From: Octopus vulgaris
Taxonomy: Eukaryota
Length of the DNA stretch: 64,000 nucleotides
Reading direction: 5' to 3'
NCBI GenBank assembly: GCA_951406725.2
Contig: OX597814.1
Coordinates: 16,988,001-17,052,000 of the forward strand
Under the pieces are notes generated by a model that made no database searches, had not been told where the DNA came from, and saw nothing but the letters and a program-made list of their open reading frames with translations. Below, piece by piece: positions 27,891 to 41,338 of this stretch. Position numbers and translations under genes: made by a program. Numbering within the stretch: the stretch's first letter is position 1; each line of letters begins with the position of its first letter.

Positions 27891-28324
27891 TTGAGAGAGA
27901 GAGAGAGTATTTGTGTGTGTGCGCATTTGTGTATTTGACTTTCACTAGCAATTTTTTCTCTTTGCCTGTGTATATGCATGCAAACTGAATTTTATATAGA
28001 TATATGTATGTCAGTATGTATACACACACAAAAGCATATTCATGTGTCTGTATTTCAATTTTGAGCTTGTATTGCTGTCCACTCACTTGACTTCTTTTGT
28101 AAATGTAGTGTATTTATAAACGAGACAGGATAAATATATGAAATATATAATTTATGACTGTTATTGCGTCGTTTACTTAATTGTCTAACATCTCCTGCAT
28201 ACATGTGCTTTTTAATTAGATTTGTTAAGACCAGCAGATCGTTTGTACATCAACCATTGTTGGAATGTACATACATCAGTATATATGTATATTTGGGCGT
28301 ATGTGTATATTAATATTTTTGTCA

Positions 28325-28478
28325 TTCTTAAATACTTTATGAGAGTGTCATAAATTGCATAGTTGTGTGTTTAGTTTCGAGCTCGATTCATGATTTGTTT
28401 GGGGTCATAGGTGAATGTCCTTGATGTCCCAAAAGCGTCCGGAAATCGACTCCATGGCACCCTTCTTTATAGGGCTAA
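28325..28478. repeat. About 150-bp dispersed repeat, copy 1 (copy 2 at 31480-31627)
   Basis: Shared blocks aaattgcata.ttgtgtgtt, gattcatga, gtcataggtgaatg, ggaaatcgac, atggcacccttctttat. Confidence 0.7.
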
Positions 28479-28881
28479 TACTCTTTACTCTTTTACTTGT
28501 TTCAGTCATTTGACTGCGGCCATGCTGGAGCACCACCTTTTAATCGAACAACTCGACCCCAGGACTTATTTTTTTCGTAAGCCCAGTACTTATTCTATTG
28601 GTCTCTTTTGCTGAACCGCTAAGTAACGGGGACATAAACACACCAGCACCGGTTGTCAAGCAATGTTAGGGGACAAACACAGAGACACAAACACATACAT
28701 GCATATATATATACATATATACGACGAGCTTCTTTCAGTTTCCGTCTACCAAATCCACTCACAAGGCTTTGGTCGGCCCGAGGCGATAGTAGAAGACACT
28801 TAGCCAAGGTGCCACGCAGTGGGACTGAACCCGGAACCATGTGGTTGGTAAACAAGCTACTTACCACACAGCCACTCCTGC
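28479..28881 (-). mobile_element. tRNA-derived SINE with CORE-like segment and internal microsatellite
   Basis: Reverse complement of the 49592 copy. Head ggagtggctgtgtggtaag, segment ggcaccttgg.aagtg, tail (gtaaaaga)n. Confidence 0.85.
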
Positions 28882-29289
28882 TAAATAATCTTGCTCTTTC
28901 CCTCTGATTATACATGAAAGCGCGTGCGTTCGCGCGCGAGCGTGTGTGTTTGGAGGATGTCTATATATATCATATATTAATCTTTGTTTGCATGCCCAGT
29001 TATACTAAAATCTGTTTTACGCTAATCTGAAGGGTTAATCCATACTTTTAAAGAGTACAGATTTATTATTCATTAATAACAACTAATGTTGACTGAATTT
29101 CGGTCATCTACGCTATCAACATAAATATACGTAATATATGTGTGTGCGTATGTATATGTATATATATATATATATGCTATTTTATTCTTTGACTGGTTTC
29201 AGCCAGGGTTTGGGGCCATGCTGGAATACCACCTTTCAGTGTTTTGGGGTCTCCTTTCGGTATTATTTTTGGTGTAGAAATGAGTTAGA

Positions 29290-30140
29290 CGAAGCTGTTC
29301 TTCTTAGTGCCTCCTGCTGCGACGTTGTCTCATCTGGGATTTCAGACAGAAATTTCTCCAGGGGCTTTTTGAACGCTTCCACATCTACACCTCTTAGGTT
29401 CCTTGGCAGGATGTTAAACAGTTGTGGTTCCCTGAAACCCAAGATGTTGCAATACTGGGTCCTTATCTTACAAGATGAAGAAGATATCTTTGGTAGTATG
29501 CAGTGTCGTCCAGTCCGGTGGTTGGTATAGCTTTTAATTCCAAAGTTGGGAGCTAGACCTTCCAGGATATTCTATATGTATATCATTGCATACCTTTCTT
29601 GTCTTCTCTCCTAGAAGTAGAGCTTCAGTTCTTGCAGTTTCTACCAGTAATTCACCTATTTCACCGAGTCAATCTTCTTTGTGTAGTGGCACAGGATTGC
29701 CTCAAGTTCCGCCACTAGTTTGACACTTTGCAACGATCACAGTTGGGAGCAGTAATCTAGACAACTGAGTACAAATGTCCTCCATAGGAGTATCAAGATA
29801 TTGTCATTTCTCGTTCTGAGTACTCTAAACATCCATCCAGCTACTCGTCTTCACAATGTTGCCGTCCTGATAATTATGCACATGGAATGTTGCATCACTA
29901 CTAATATGGATTCTCTGGTCGCGCACCGATTCTAACTCTGCCTACTTGTCCTATGTATACCAGTTGTAGTGTGTTTGTGATCCGATAGCGTAATGCTTGA
30001 CTCTTATCAGCATTGAACTGCATGTTATTTTCATCAGCCCATTTATATATTGCATGCGAGTCATTTTGCAGTTTTACTACGCCATCAGGGTTCTTCACAG
30101 TTTAAGACACGTTTGTATTGTAAGTCCAGCTAGCGAGAGT
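29290..30140 (-). pseudogene. CR1-like LINE, 3' ORF2 relic (end of RT and C-terminal region)
   Basis: Minus-strand peptides LQND...IYKWADENNMQFNADK, LDYCSQL, GRHC, QLFNILP are typical of CR1-group ORF2. Stops and frameshifts are present. Confidence 0.75.
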
Positions 30141-30232
30141 GGGGGAGTGTACGACTGACGGCTTGTCAGAGAGAGCCACTGCAATAGTAGTGGTCTCAGT
30201 ACAGTTCCCTGAGAAACTCTCTAGAGAGTTTA

Positions 30233-30464
30233 GGCGGCAAGCTGGCAGAATAGTTAGTACGCCGGGCGAAATGTTTAGCGGTATTTCGTCTACCGTTACG
30301 TTCTTAGTTCAAATTCCGCCGAGGTCGACTTTGCCTTTCATCCTTTCGGAGTCGATAAATTAAGTACCAGTTACGCACAGAGGTTGATATAATCGACTTA
30401 ATCCATTTATCTGTCCATGTTTGTCCCCTCTATGTTTAGCTCCTTGTGGGCAACAAAGAAATAA
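30233..30464 (+). mobile_element. tRNA-derived SINE (ggcggcgagctggcag family; Meta-domain-like gcctttcatcctttcggggtcgataaa)
   Basis: One of at least 8 copies in the window. B-box gttcaaattc, tail taaagaaata. Confidence 0.88.
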
Positions 30465-30660
30465 GAAACTCTCCAGAAAAACCACAGTTACCTTATTCTT
30501 ACCAACGTTTTATGAGGTGGTGATGAGGCAGACTGTCTTGGAGGATTTTCTGTTTCTTTCATTGTCTTTACATACGTTTTTCCTCGACTTATTCTCTAAG
30601 GAAATCGAATATTTTTCTTGCCCTGTTAGCAGGGAACTTCATATGTATATATATATATAT

Positions 30661-30877
30661 ACCTTTCATCGGATCTCCAAGAATCGAACTTTCTTCAATG
30701 CAGTTAATCTTAAACCCTCTTTTGTATCTACCCCTTTTGATGTTTGGGAATTCTCTGATGTTTTTTCGGCTGACGAGTACGAGCCATCTGTATTTACTGC
30801 ATTTTTTGTAGCTTATTAAAGATGTCCTCGTACGAAACAATTGTACCGAGATTTTAATCCATTCTTGTTGCTTTTTT

Positions 30878-30880
<3 letters not shown>
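30661..30880 (+). mobile_element. 5'-truncated Penelope-like 3' end inserted in (TA)n
   Basis: About 220 bp flanked on both sides by (TA)n and containing an intact hammerhead motif. Confidence 0.6.
30764..30851 (+). ncRNA. Type I hammerhead ribozyme with palindromic minimal stem III
   Basis: tttcgg-CTGACGA-gtacgag...ctcgtac-GAAA-caattg-TA-ccgaga. Stem I tttcgg/ccgaga, 7-bp stem II plus extension, all core nucleotides present, GUA cleavage triplet. Confidence 0.88.
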
Positions 30881-30945
<65 letters not shown>

Positions 30946-31479
30946 ATTCTCATACACACCATCATGTCAGTAATGAACTATAGAGTGAATAAGCATTATC
31001 GCTTTAGTGGAGTACCTACCATCTATCTGAGCAATGTCTGTTGGTGTATAGGGTTATGAGCATCAAAACAAAACGAAAGCATAAACTGAACCTATAGCAT
31101 TCAAAGTCTACTTTTAAGAGTGATTTGTCATTTACTTCGTTCCCAAAACTACCAACTAATTGGGCCTCATTGCGAGGTTAGTACTAATCGTATTCCAACA
31201 CTTTCGATTAGCTCAATTAACTGGACACTTGCTGAATATTATTAGTAAACATGTTTGTATTGTATCTCACTTGAAGAGAGTCTGGCGTAAATACGATCAG
31301 AGGAAATGGCAGTAACGTACATAAAAATCAAACATAGACAAAAATATGGTTGATATATTTACAGCTTGACGCTAATAGAAAGTGACAGACATATGAATGT
31401 GTATTTACGTACGTGTAAGAGAGCGTGTGTGTGATTGTGTCAGGCAGTGCGTGTTTGTCTGTGTGTGTGTGTGCTTGTC

Positions 31480-31627
31480 ATACTTAAATTTTTTATGAGT
31501 GTGTCACAAATTGCATAATTGTGTGTTAGTCTCCAGCTAGATTCATGAGGTGTTTGGAGTCATAGGTGAATGATTGTTTCGTTAATCTGGAAATCGACAC
31601 TATGGCACCCTTCTTTATGGGACTAAA
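31480..31627. repeat. About 150-bp dispersed repeat, copy 2
   Basis: Diverged copy of 28325-28478. Confidence 0.7.
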
Positions 31628-31701
31628 GCTAAACAATATTTCTCTGATTATTTGTGTGTGTGTATAGTGTTTGTGTATGGGTGCCTATATACATCATATA
31701 A

Positions 31702-32094
31702 TCTTTATATATAAAAGTGAAGTTGTGTGTCTGTCTCCTACGATTTAGATTCCTAACTACTCCCACATTTTGCGGTGCAGTTTAATCAAAAGCGGGTATC
31801 TTATAGTCGTGATTCACATCGAGCTCTTCTTGGTATTAGCGCGCGTCTACGATGAGTCTACGATTAAAAAAAAATTACCATAATTTTTCAGTATTTTTAA
31901 TGCATTTTTTCGCTATTATATAAGGGAAGTAACTCTCTAAAAATGTATTATTAAATCTCAGAACGTAAAAAGCTACAGTAACACCCCCCTTTGTGGTTAG
32001 CCATATTGAGATGGTTATTATACTTTACATCTCTAAAAATGCTTATATAGTTATTTGCCTTACAAACCCGAGCAACGCCGGGTGATACTGCTAG
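31702..32094 (+). mobile_element. Non-autonomous Helitron, complete, with a variant internal segment
   Basis: A|TCtttatatataaaag...cccgagcaacgccggg...CTAG|T. Confidence 0.88.
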
Positions 32095-32114
32095 TATATA
32101 TATATATGAATAAG

Positions 32115-32343
32115 GGCGGCGAGTTGGCAGGCACGTTAGCGCGCCAGGCGAAATGCTTAGCGGTATGTCGTCTGTCGTTACGTTCTGAGTTCAAATTCTG
32201 CCGAGGTCGACTTTGCCTTTCATGTTTCGGGGTCGATAAATAAAGTACCAGTTTCGCACTGGAGTCGATGTAGTCGACTTATTCCATTTGTCTGTCGTTG
32301 CTATCCCCTCTATTTTTAGCCCTTTGAGGGCAATAAGGAAATA
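32115..32343 (+). mobile_element. SINE, ggcggcgagctggcag family
   Basis: Homologous to the 30233 and 57042 copies. Confidence 0.88.
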
Positions 32344-32366
32344 TATCTATATATATTATATGCTTA

Positions 32367-32415
<49 letters not shown>

Positions 32416-32419
<4 letters not shown>

Positions 32420-33706
32420 GGTATGTAGAAAAATACAACATGGACAAGAACGTATAACTCTTAGAAGACGATACAATAAACACGGACAGGACATTCGAAA
32501 CCCTCAGTCTTCAGTCAAGAACCGGATCATCGTAGTAATTTCGGCTGATTAATCTTGAGATTACTAGATCACGGCCAGCCCTCCAAGAAAAACTAAGCAA
32601 CGAGCATTAGAAAAACTAAGCTGGAAGCGTAGATTTCCTGGAAGAAGGATCGAATGCATACGAACACCAGGACAGCAAAAGGGACAGATATAAAAAAAAA
32701 ACAAAAAACAATAATGGAATACAGAAACATGAAATACAGAAGCATTAACGGTGAAAACAACAAGTGTCTTACGACTGATAACAAGCAAACAAATTTTTTC
32801 TCTCTGGCGCATTGGAAGAAGCCTTTATAGCGGCGGACGAAAAACAACGATGTTAACACGACGAGGGTCAGGAGCTGAAAGGCAGATTTCGGCCAACAGT
32901 CACGTGACAGAGAAGAGGGGAAAAGAAAAGAAAGAGAAGCAAAGGAAGAGAGAGAGAGAGGAGGGACAAACGCAACAAAGAGAGAGAGAGAGAGAAAGAA
33001 GGAATCAGAGAGGAGAAGGGATGGGTGTCGAAGAATGACCTGTGAGTGCAGAGCGAGACAAAGAAATAGGAGGGTAGTGGAAGACTAGACCAAAGAATCA
33101 GAGGAAAGAGAAGAGAAAAAGAGGATGAGTAGAGAGGAAAGAGAGAGAGGGGGACAGATCAAGTAAAAATGAGAGAGAGAGAGAGACAAACAGAGAGTCG
33201 TACCAATTATTAAGAATATGTGCTCACATTAATGTTAAGGGGGTACGGGGCGCCTGGAATATATGTTAAGGTATGTAGAAAAATACAACATGGACAAGAA
33301 CGTATAACTCTTAGAAGACGATACAATAAACACGGACAGGACATTCGAAACCCTCAGTCTTCAGTCAAGAACCGGATCATCGTAGTAATTTCGGCTGATT
33401 AATCTTGAGATTACTAGATCACGGCCAGCCCTCCAAGAAAAACTAAGCAACGAGCATTAGAAAAACTAAGCTGGAAGCGTAGATTTCCTGGAAGAAGGAT
33501 CGAATGCATACGAACACCAGGACAGCAAAAGGGACAAATATAAAAAAACAAAAAACAATAATGGAATACAGAAACATGAAATACAGAAGCATTAACGGTG
33601 AAAACAACAACAAGTGTCTTACGACTGATAACAAGCAAACAAATTTTTTCTCTGGAGCAAGGAAAGGAGCCTTATCGGCGATGCCTATAGCGGCGGACGA
33701 AAAACA
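32416..33706 (-). mobile_element. Non-coding element with about 430-bp direct repeats (850-bp period); pseudo-LTR-like partial tandem
   Basis: 32416-32845 is nearly identical to 33266-33706. A GA-rich spacer lies between them, and the left end abuts (TA)n. Strand is inferred. Confidence 0.7.
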
Positions 33707-33753
33707 GAACTCAGAACGTAGCGGCATGCTAACCATTCTGCCAACTCACCGCC
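33707..33753 (-). mobile_element. Internally deleted SINE head fragment
   Basis: gaactcagaacgtagcggc...tgctaaccattctgccaactcaccgcc is the reverse complement of the SINE head. Confidence 0.65.
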
Positions 33754-33879
33754 TTGTGCATCTCATGTAATCCCAGTGGACGGCGTTACTATACTTGTGA
33801 AGTTTATCTGAACCGCTCTAAAAATTCTGAGAAAAATATAATAGAAACCTTTCAAATTTTTGCGCAAAACCAATAATAT

Positions 33880-34225
33880 TTCCTATCTACTCCCACATTT
33901 TGCGGTGCAGTTTAACCAAAACCGGGTATCTTATAGTCGTGATTCATATGAAGCCCTTCTGCGTATTAGCGCGCGTCTACAATGAGTCTACGATTTTAAA
34001 AATAATTTACCATAATTGTTTTCCATTTTAAGGCATATCTTTTTAAATATAAAGGAAGTAACTCTGTAAAAATGTCTACGATGAGTCAACGATTTAAAAA
34101 AAAATTTACCATAATTTTTTTTCCATTTTTAAGGCATTTTTTGCTATCTTTTGGCAATGACTCTCTAAAAATGCATTATAGTTATTTCCCTTACAAACCC
34201 GAGCAACGCCGGGCGATACTGCTAG
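33880..34225 (+). mobile_element. Non-autonomous Helitron, 5'-truncated
   Basis: Same body, hairpin and CTAG|T end as the 22880 copy. Confidence 0.85.
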
Positions 34226-34810
34226 TATATAATAAAATTTTTGGAAATTGAACGTTCACTGCTTTTGAGCGAATGAAATTTTTCACATTACGCCATATCT
34301 GCCTGCTTTGTTTTCTCTTTTAGGTTGTTAATCTTTCGGAAAATGCTGTAATTTTCTAATTCCCCTTAGATATCATGCTACGTGATAAATAATTATTTTT
34401 ATTTGATCTAAATGGTGTCAGCCTTTATAGGAAAATGGGTTTTAATCGATATATTGCTATAGTTTTTTTTTTAATACCTCAAATCACTGCAGTAACGTTA
34501 TTAAATTTCAAATATTAATAAAATATCAATAATCCTGGTGATGAAATCAATAGCATCAAACCACGACAGTCCTTATTTGCTACTTGCCATTTCAAACTGT
34601 TTGTATCCATTACAGAATTAGGAATCTCTTTGAAAGATCAGTATTTCATAATTTTTAAACTGTAAATAACAACGTGTTTTAAGTGTCACAAATCTAATAT
34701 ATATTCGACACTTTTCCAGTGGAGTAATATCAATTTGAATTGTAATGTTTTACAAGGATTAGTTGAGTATTTTATATTGACAAATTTTGTTAGTTTTTTT
34801 TATTATTATA

Positions 34811-34879
34811 GGCGCAATCGTGGCTGTGTGGTAAGAAGCTTACTTCCCAACCACATAGTTCAGGGTTCAGCCCCACTGC
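34811..34879 (+). mobile_element. SINE head fragment, CORE-like family
   Basis: gtggctgtgtggtaagaagctt...ggttcagccccactgc. Confidence 0.65.
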
Positions 34880-34897
34880 TGGGTAGGTATCATTCAC

Positions 34898-34967
<70 letters not shown>

Positions 34968-35494
34968 TAACAATAAATGTTTATGTGAAGTGAACAATTT
35001 TTGTGTGTTTTCGAATGACTAACATGTTTCCCACGCTGCAATCACTTTATTTTCAACATAGAGTGTTGGCAAGTAGATCTCAGAAATGTATATATTCAGT
35101 TCTTTTTATTTATCTATAGAAAAACAAATATTTTCTACTGCATTAGTTCTCTTCATTGAGAAACACCATCAGTTGATTGCAATCGCTTACTGTTAACTAA
35201 CTCATGAATCCGATAACTGTAGGTTTTCTACATCAATTTCAATTAGTTGTTCTCTCTTCGTCAAGAAAAACGTATGATTAGAATTTGAAATATTCCAGGC
35301 TTCGAATATTGTAAGAGATATATACGACTACTTTATGCAATGTGTATTTCCGCTTTAAAACGGCAGTGTATGACGAGCATAGTTAAGAGTAGCAGGTAGT
35401 TAGATCTCTAAAGTTGTAGCTTAACTAATTTGGCTGGGCTAGAACCATAACATTATTCTTGTAAGAGAGAGTTCACTTATTATGTTCATCTCAG

Positions 35495-35706
35495 AGCAGC
35501 GAGCTAGCAGAATCGTTAGCACACCGGGGAGAATGTCTAGCGGCATTTTGTCCCTCTGTACGTTCCGAGTTCAAGATCCGTCGAGGTAGACATTTCCTTT
35601 CATCCTTTCGGGGTCGATAAAATAAGCACCAGTTAAACATTGGGGTTGTTTTAATCGACCTGCCCCTCCTTCAAAATTGCTGGGCTTGAGCTAAAATTCG
35701 AAACCA
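35495..35706 (+). mobile_element. Diverged SINE, ggcggcgagctggcag family with an alternative tail
   Basis: Head gcgagctagcagaatcgttagcac and cctttcatcctttcggggtcgataaa block. The 3' tail differs. Confidence 0.75.
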
Positions 35707-36200
35707 ATATATAAATCCGGCTCAGTTTGATTTCTGTAGCTAAGTCGAACTTAATAAGCTGAATTTTAATTAATCTATGTCGACTTGAAATGACCTTGTT
35801 CATTTCCTTATTTGGGTATGGCTGATAAATTCGCAGCCAGCGTTTTGTGTATACAGTTTTAAATCATTCACATAAAGGATATTGTTTAAAGTTCGTCCAT
35901 CACATGTGTAATCACTATGGTTTGATTCAGCAAATTTATTAAGAGAATCAGGGCTAGACAGAAATATAATGGGGGAAAGGAAAGGTTTTTGAAAGATTCA
36001 TTATCTTGTACGAATAGAATGGGTTTTATTGTATTCTCTTTCTCTTGGAGCATTATTGATGTTTTCCATTTTGACATGGCGTGGCTAATATACTGACTTA
36101 GTATCGGGCATGCTTTGTTTATGTGCATGTCACCAGCATCTAGGAGAATGTTATGTATTCGAAGCTTTTTCTGTAATCAATCCCTTCTGTGCATTGTTTT

Positions 36201-36419
36201 TCTTTTACTCTTTTACTTGTTTCAGTCATTTGACAGTGGCCATACTGGAGCACCAGCTTTAGTCGAGCAAATCGCCCCCAGGACTTATTCTTTGTAAGCC
36301 TAGTACTTATTCCATCGGTCTCTTTTGCCGAACCGCTAAGTTACGGGGACGTAAACACACCAGCGTCGGTTGTCAACCGATGTTGGGGGGGACAAACAAG
36401 ACACACAAACATATACACC

Positions 36420-36466
<47 letters not shown>

Positions 36467-36589
36467 GACGGGCTTCTTTCAGTTTCCGTCTACCAAATCC
36501 ACACACAAGGCTTTGGTCGGCCCGAGGCTATAGTAGAAGACACTTGCCCAAGGTGCCACGCAGTGGGACTGAACCCGGAACCATGTGGT
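36201..36589 (-). mobile_element. SINE, CORE-like family, 5'-truncated
   Basis: Homologous to 28479-28881. Confidence 0.85.
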
Positions 36590-37783
36590 GTATTTAAATT
36601 GTACATATGTTTATTACATAATGGTAAAGAATGTACAAATAAATCTCCCTAAATATATAATGAGATATCATTACTGAATATAATTTCATTGAAGCCAAGT
36701 ATTACTTTATTATTATACTGAACGATTTATAAGTTTTTTATTATAACGGAATTTACAACTTGAGGCAAAATGGTTTTGGGATTTTATATTGAATTGTTTG
36801 TAAATTTCTTATTTGTGACTAAAGGTGTGTTATTTTAAATAGTATATTAATTTCGACATCTAAAAAATTTTAGTGGATAAATTTATGATATTTGGTATTA
36901 AGTACCAATGAAAATATTTGTATTGAATGTAAAATAAATCATATTAGTAGTTAAATTTTAAAAATATTTTTTAAGTCCGCTATCTTCACTATAATGAACG
37001 ATTATACATTTATAAATATATAAATTGAATTATTAATTAATGACAATAATAATAAGGCATGAATAATTTTGTATAATACCATAATCAAAAACTTTTATAT
37101 TGCAAGTACGTACTTCTGGCAATTTTCTTATAGGTAATTAATTTATATATATATATATAAGCTTTGATTTACGGAGATATTTTTCCTCTGATAAACTAAT
37201 TTAGTATTTTGTAATAGGAATAATGTCTATATAAATACGAATAAATAAGATAGAACAACTACTATAATTATATCTTTTTAAATAACCATACATATTTGTA
37301 TTCATTGTGGCACCTATTTTGTTTCAATATATTTTATATGGTGTATGTTCGAGCTAGTAAACATAATTTATAGCATAATTTAACTATTGCTTTACTCTAA
37401 TTTCTTTCCTTCTGAAAGGCTTAGTAAAAATATGATACACAATTTTTTTCAGTTTATTATCTCTTTATCTATGAAGTAATATAGTCTATAATTATCGTAA
37501 CTCTGTTTATTTTATTTACGGAGTTTTTCCTCTGATAAACTAAGTAAATTGGGACTTTTTACTTGTTGGTTACTTAGAATATTGTTTATACCAGTAATAT
37601 CAAATAAATGTGAGTAGTTATTATATATTATCATTATTTTATATTATATATAATTTTGTATATATTGTTTTGAGTAACCATCCATATTTGAATGTATATT
37701 TATAGAATAAAATTACTAGATCAACGTATTTTATTTCCGACTGCATAACAACGCAAAACTCGGATAATTTATTTATTTATATA

Positions 37784-38079
37784 CTGGCAGTATCGCCCGG
37801 CGTTGCTTGGGTTTGTAAGGGAAATAACTATACAGCATTTTTAGAGAGTTATAGCCAAAAAAATAGTAAAGAATGCATTAAAAATGGAAAAAAAATGATG
37901 GTAAATTTTTTTTTAAATCGTTGACTCATCGTAGACGCGCGCTAATCCTCAGAAGGGCTCGATATGAATCACGACTATAAGATACCCGCTTTTGGTTAAA
38001 CTGCACCGCAAAATGTGGGAGTAGTTAGGAATCTAAATCGTAGGAGATAGACACACAACCTCTCTTTTATATATAAAGA
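37784..38079 (-). mobile_element. Non-autonomous Helitron, short form
   Basis: On the minus strand: A|TCtttatatata...hairpin...CCAG|T (CTAG mutated). Confidence 0.82.
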
Positions 38080-38664
38080 TTATCATATATTATTAATATG
38101 GTTAGTGATTATTTTCGATCTAAATACATTTAGATTAATATTATTGGAGATATATAAAAACTTTTTATGAGCGTTGTAAATTTTCTTGACTTAATTATTT
38201 TATCCATTTGAATTTCGTTATTCTTTCATTCTACTTATGTATTTGAGTTTTTACGCTCACTCTCCTAAGCATCGGTATTTCGAATCAGTATATTTTTGTA
38301 ATTTAGCTGTCCTTTACATGGAATTTCGTCATGGAAAGTCTTCTGAACCAAAACCCTGAAGAGTTTGTATACATAGACAGGATTCTTTTTTTAAATCAAC
38401 GAATGTATGTAAGTCGAAACAAATTGTTGGATTAATATGTTTTTATTAATTTGCTGTTATATTATTTTATATTTTTTATAGCATATTATATTATATTGCA
38501 ATGAAAATAAATCGTTAGCTTGTCAATTGTATTTTTCTATTTCATTTAATATTTGTATTTTGTATTCGTACCCCTTTTCTCTCTGGTATTCAACTGCTGC
38601 ACCAGTGAATTGGATATTTTATATCCCTTTAAAGGAATTGATTTTTCCTTCGTTTGTGTTATTA

Positions 38665-39138
<474 letters not shown>

Positions 39139-39159
39139 CAGATAGATAGGTATTCATTC

Positions 39160-40260
39160 CTAGTTTCCAGTGGTTCCACATTGTTTCCCGTGCTATGCCA
39201 TACAATATTTCGCAGTGTGTATTCTTGTATCCAATCTTCCCAACAATTAATAAATATAGATAGTGTAGAGACTATGCACATTCTTTGTATTGTAATGCAT
39301 TATATGGTCATGAAATACCAATTTTCCGATCGAATGTATTTTTTTCTTTCATCCAGTTTAGGATTACTCCACAATACTCCATCATCAAAAGCGAAATTCC
39401 GCTTATTTTGGTGAACTCGTAGGTTTATTTTTTCACTAGACTTTGAATACAAGAGCTAATGTCAACCCTCTGAATATTACTTTTACAAAATTGCCCTTCT
39501 TCCTTAATATTAATCTAGTGCTTCCATACCTAAATACTTATAACCGTTTGAACCTACAGGTTTTATGATTGAATTCCTTAAGAGGCAATTGCATGGTATT
39601 ACTTTCCAGTCAGATTCCTCTTTTCAGTATTAAATCTCTGCACTATTTAACTCCAAATTACACCCTAATTATTTCACTTCATCCTTATACTGCATGCTCT
39701 AACGAGTCTTTTTGATCCTCACTTTTTTTTTCGAAGACCTTCAAGTCATCCGTTAAGGGAAAGGTAATTGATTTCATGCTGCATGCTTTTAATAATGCAG
39801 CATTCTAAGTAGCAACACCGAAGGCATCATGCATATCATAAGGGAAAAAGCGTAGAAGCTGTTACCCTGAAATAATCCAATTTTTACTCTAATAATTCCT
39901 ACCTCACTCACCAAAGGAACATAATTTTGTTTTCCATTTAATTCTACTCATTACAAGTAACGTCCTTGTATTCTCTTTTGCCCTAAAGCTATCCAAACAG
40001 TGTTTGTCCATGTATTAGATATCGTTTTAAAAACATTTTTTTATAATCGATCCTAACCATTACTGGATCTTTCTATCACTTTCTCCAATCCTGGAGTATT
40101 AATTTATCTGTCCATAATTGATCCTTAACGTCTCTAACATCCATTCCATTATTTCTATGTTTAACTTTAGCATAATTTTCTGCTTTAGTGGAAATATATC
40201 CTGAATATACGTATCGATAACTTCTACATAATTAGAAACTTATCAGTCTAATAATGTCAG
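39160..40260 (-). pseudogene. Highly decayed R4/Dong-like non-LTR relic
   Basis: Minus-strand remnants GLFQGNS (cf. GIFQGDS), TDDLKVF, KYLGME and RMC...QEY.LR occur in the expected order. Confidence 0.45.
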
Positions 40261-40391
40261 CTACATTAGTTTTGCTCAAACTCTCTATATCCTTTGTTCA
40301 AAAACATAACTGTGTTACCTTGTATTACCATCCAGCAAGAAAGCTTCTGTGTAGTTCCTTGACCTGCGAAAAGTATCAGGTCTTGTAAAAT

Positions 40392-40590
40392 ATAGTTAGT
40401 TAGTTAGTTAATTTGGCTCAAAAGCAAATAGCAAGGCCATGTAGGGGGACATGGAGTTAAGTACAGGGTGGTGTTCATGTAAAGAGTTCAGGCCACTTGA
40501 GGTCAAGGGAGGCTTTGAACAAAGCGGTCGTCGGCATCTTCACCATCTCGTCTGGCAGCTTGTTCCACGGATCCGCAACCCGGACGAAGG
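40392..40590 (-). mobile_element. CR1-like LINE extreme 3' end with (TAAC)n tail
   Basis: The minus strand encodes VRVADPWNKLPDEMVKMPTTALFKASLDLKW, typical of the CR1 ORF2 end, followed by a short UTR and taac repeats. Confidence 0.7.
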
Positions 40591-41043
40591 GACACGTTGG
40601 ATATTATGTTGTATATTGAGTCGGACTGAAAGCTTGGGTATTCACAGTTGATTCAGGTATCCTTTTTGGTTTGCCTGATCAACTATGTAAAACAGTTATG
40701 GCATCGAAATGATTCTGGTAATGATTCTTATATTTGCATTTACCATTGAGTTACTCCTATCGAAATCACTTTGGTAAAGATTCATATGTGATTTTAATTT
40801 ATTCCCTCGTGGCAGTGATAACTTGTAAAACAAAAGCAAACAAACAAAAAACAAAATAGATGCTCGAAAACCATTAATTGGAGGCTATTCTAGTTTGGTA
40901 CTTTGATCCTTTACTTTTGTCTGCATTCTTGCTAACAGATTGGTTCATACTGCATGTTATTGTTATTGCTGTTGAAGATGTTGTAACGATTATGACAATT
41001 TTGAATAAAATTCACGGGTAAATTTGTGAATATACACGTATAC

Positions 41044-41112
<69 letters not shown>

Positions 41113-41200
41113 CACATACACTCGCACACTCACATATATATGTAAACACATAAATATATAAGTATGTATATATATATATATATATATATGTATAAGTAAG

Positions 41201-41243
<43 letters not shown>

Positions 41244-41244
<1 letters not shown>

Positions 41245-41286
41245 GGGGAAGAGTTCACGAAAAAAAAAAAAAGATGAAGACAGGTG

Positions 41287-41290
<4 letters not shown>
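41244..41290. repeat. Short TA-flanked repeat end, related to 61489-61580
   Basis: ttcac...aaaaga(t/c)gaagacaggtggtgt occurs at both sites. Confidence 0.6.

Positions 41291-41338
<48 letters not shown>

Noticed and set aside
36650-38520. Very AT-rich stretch suggesting a mitochondrial insertion
   Set aside because: No recognisable mitochondrial gene or tRNA. Only a weak 35-bp direct repeat was seen (near 37164 and 37511).
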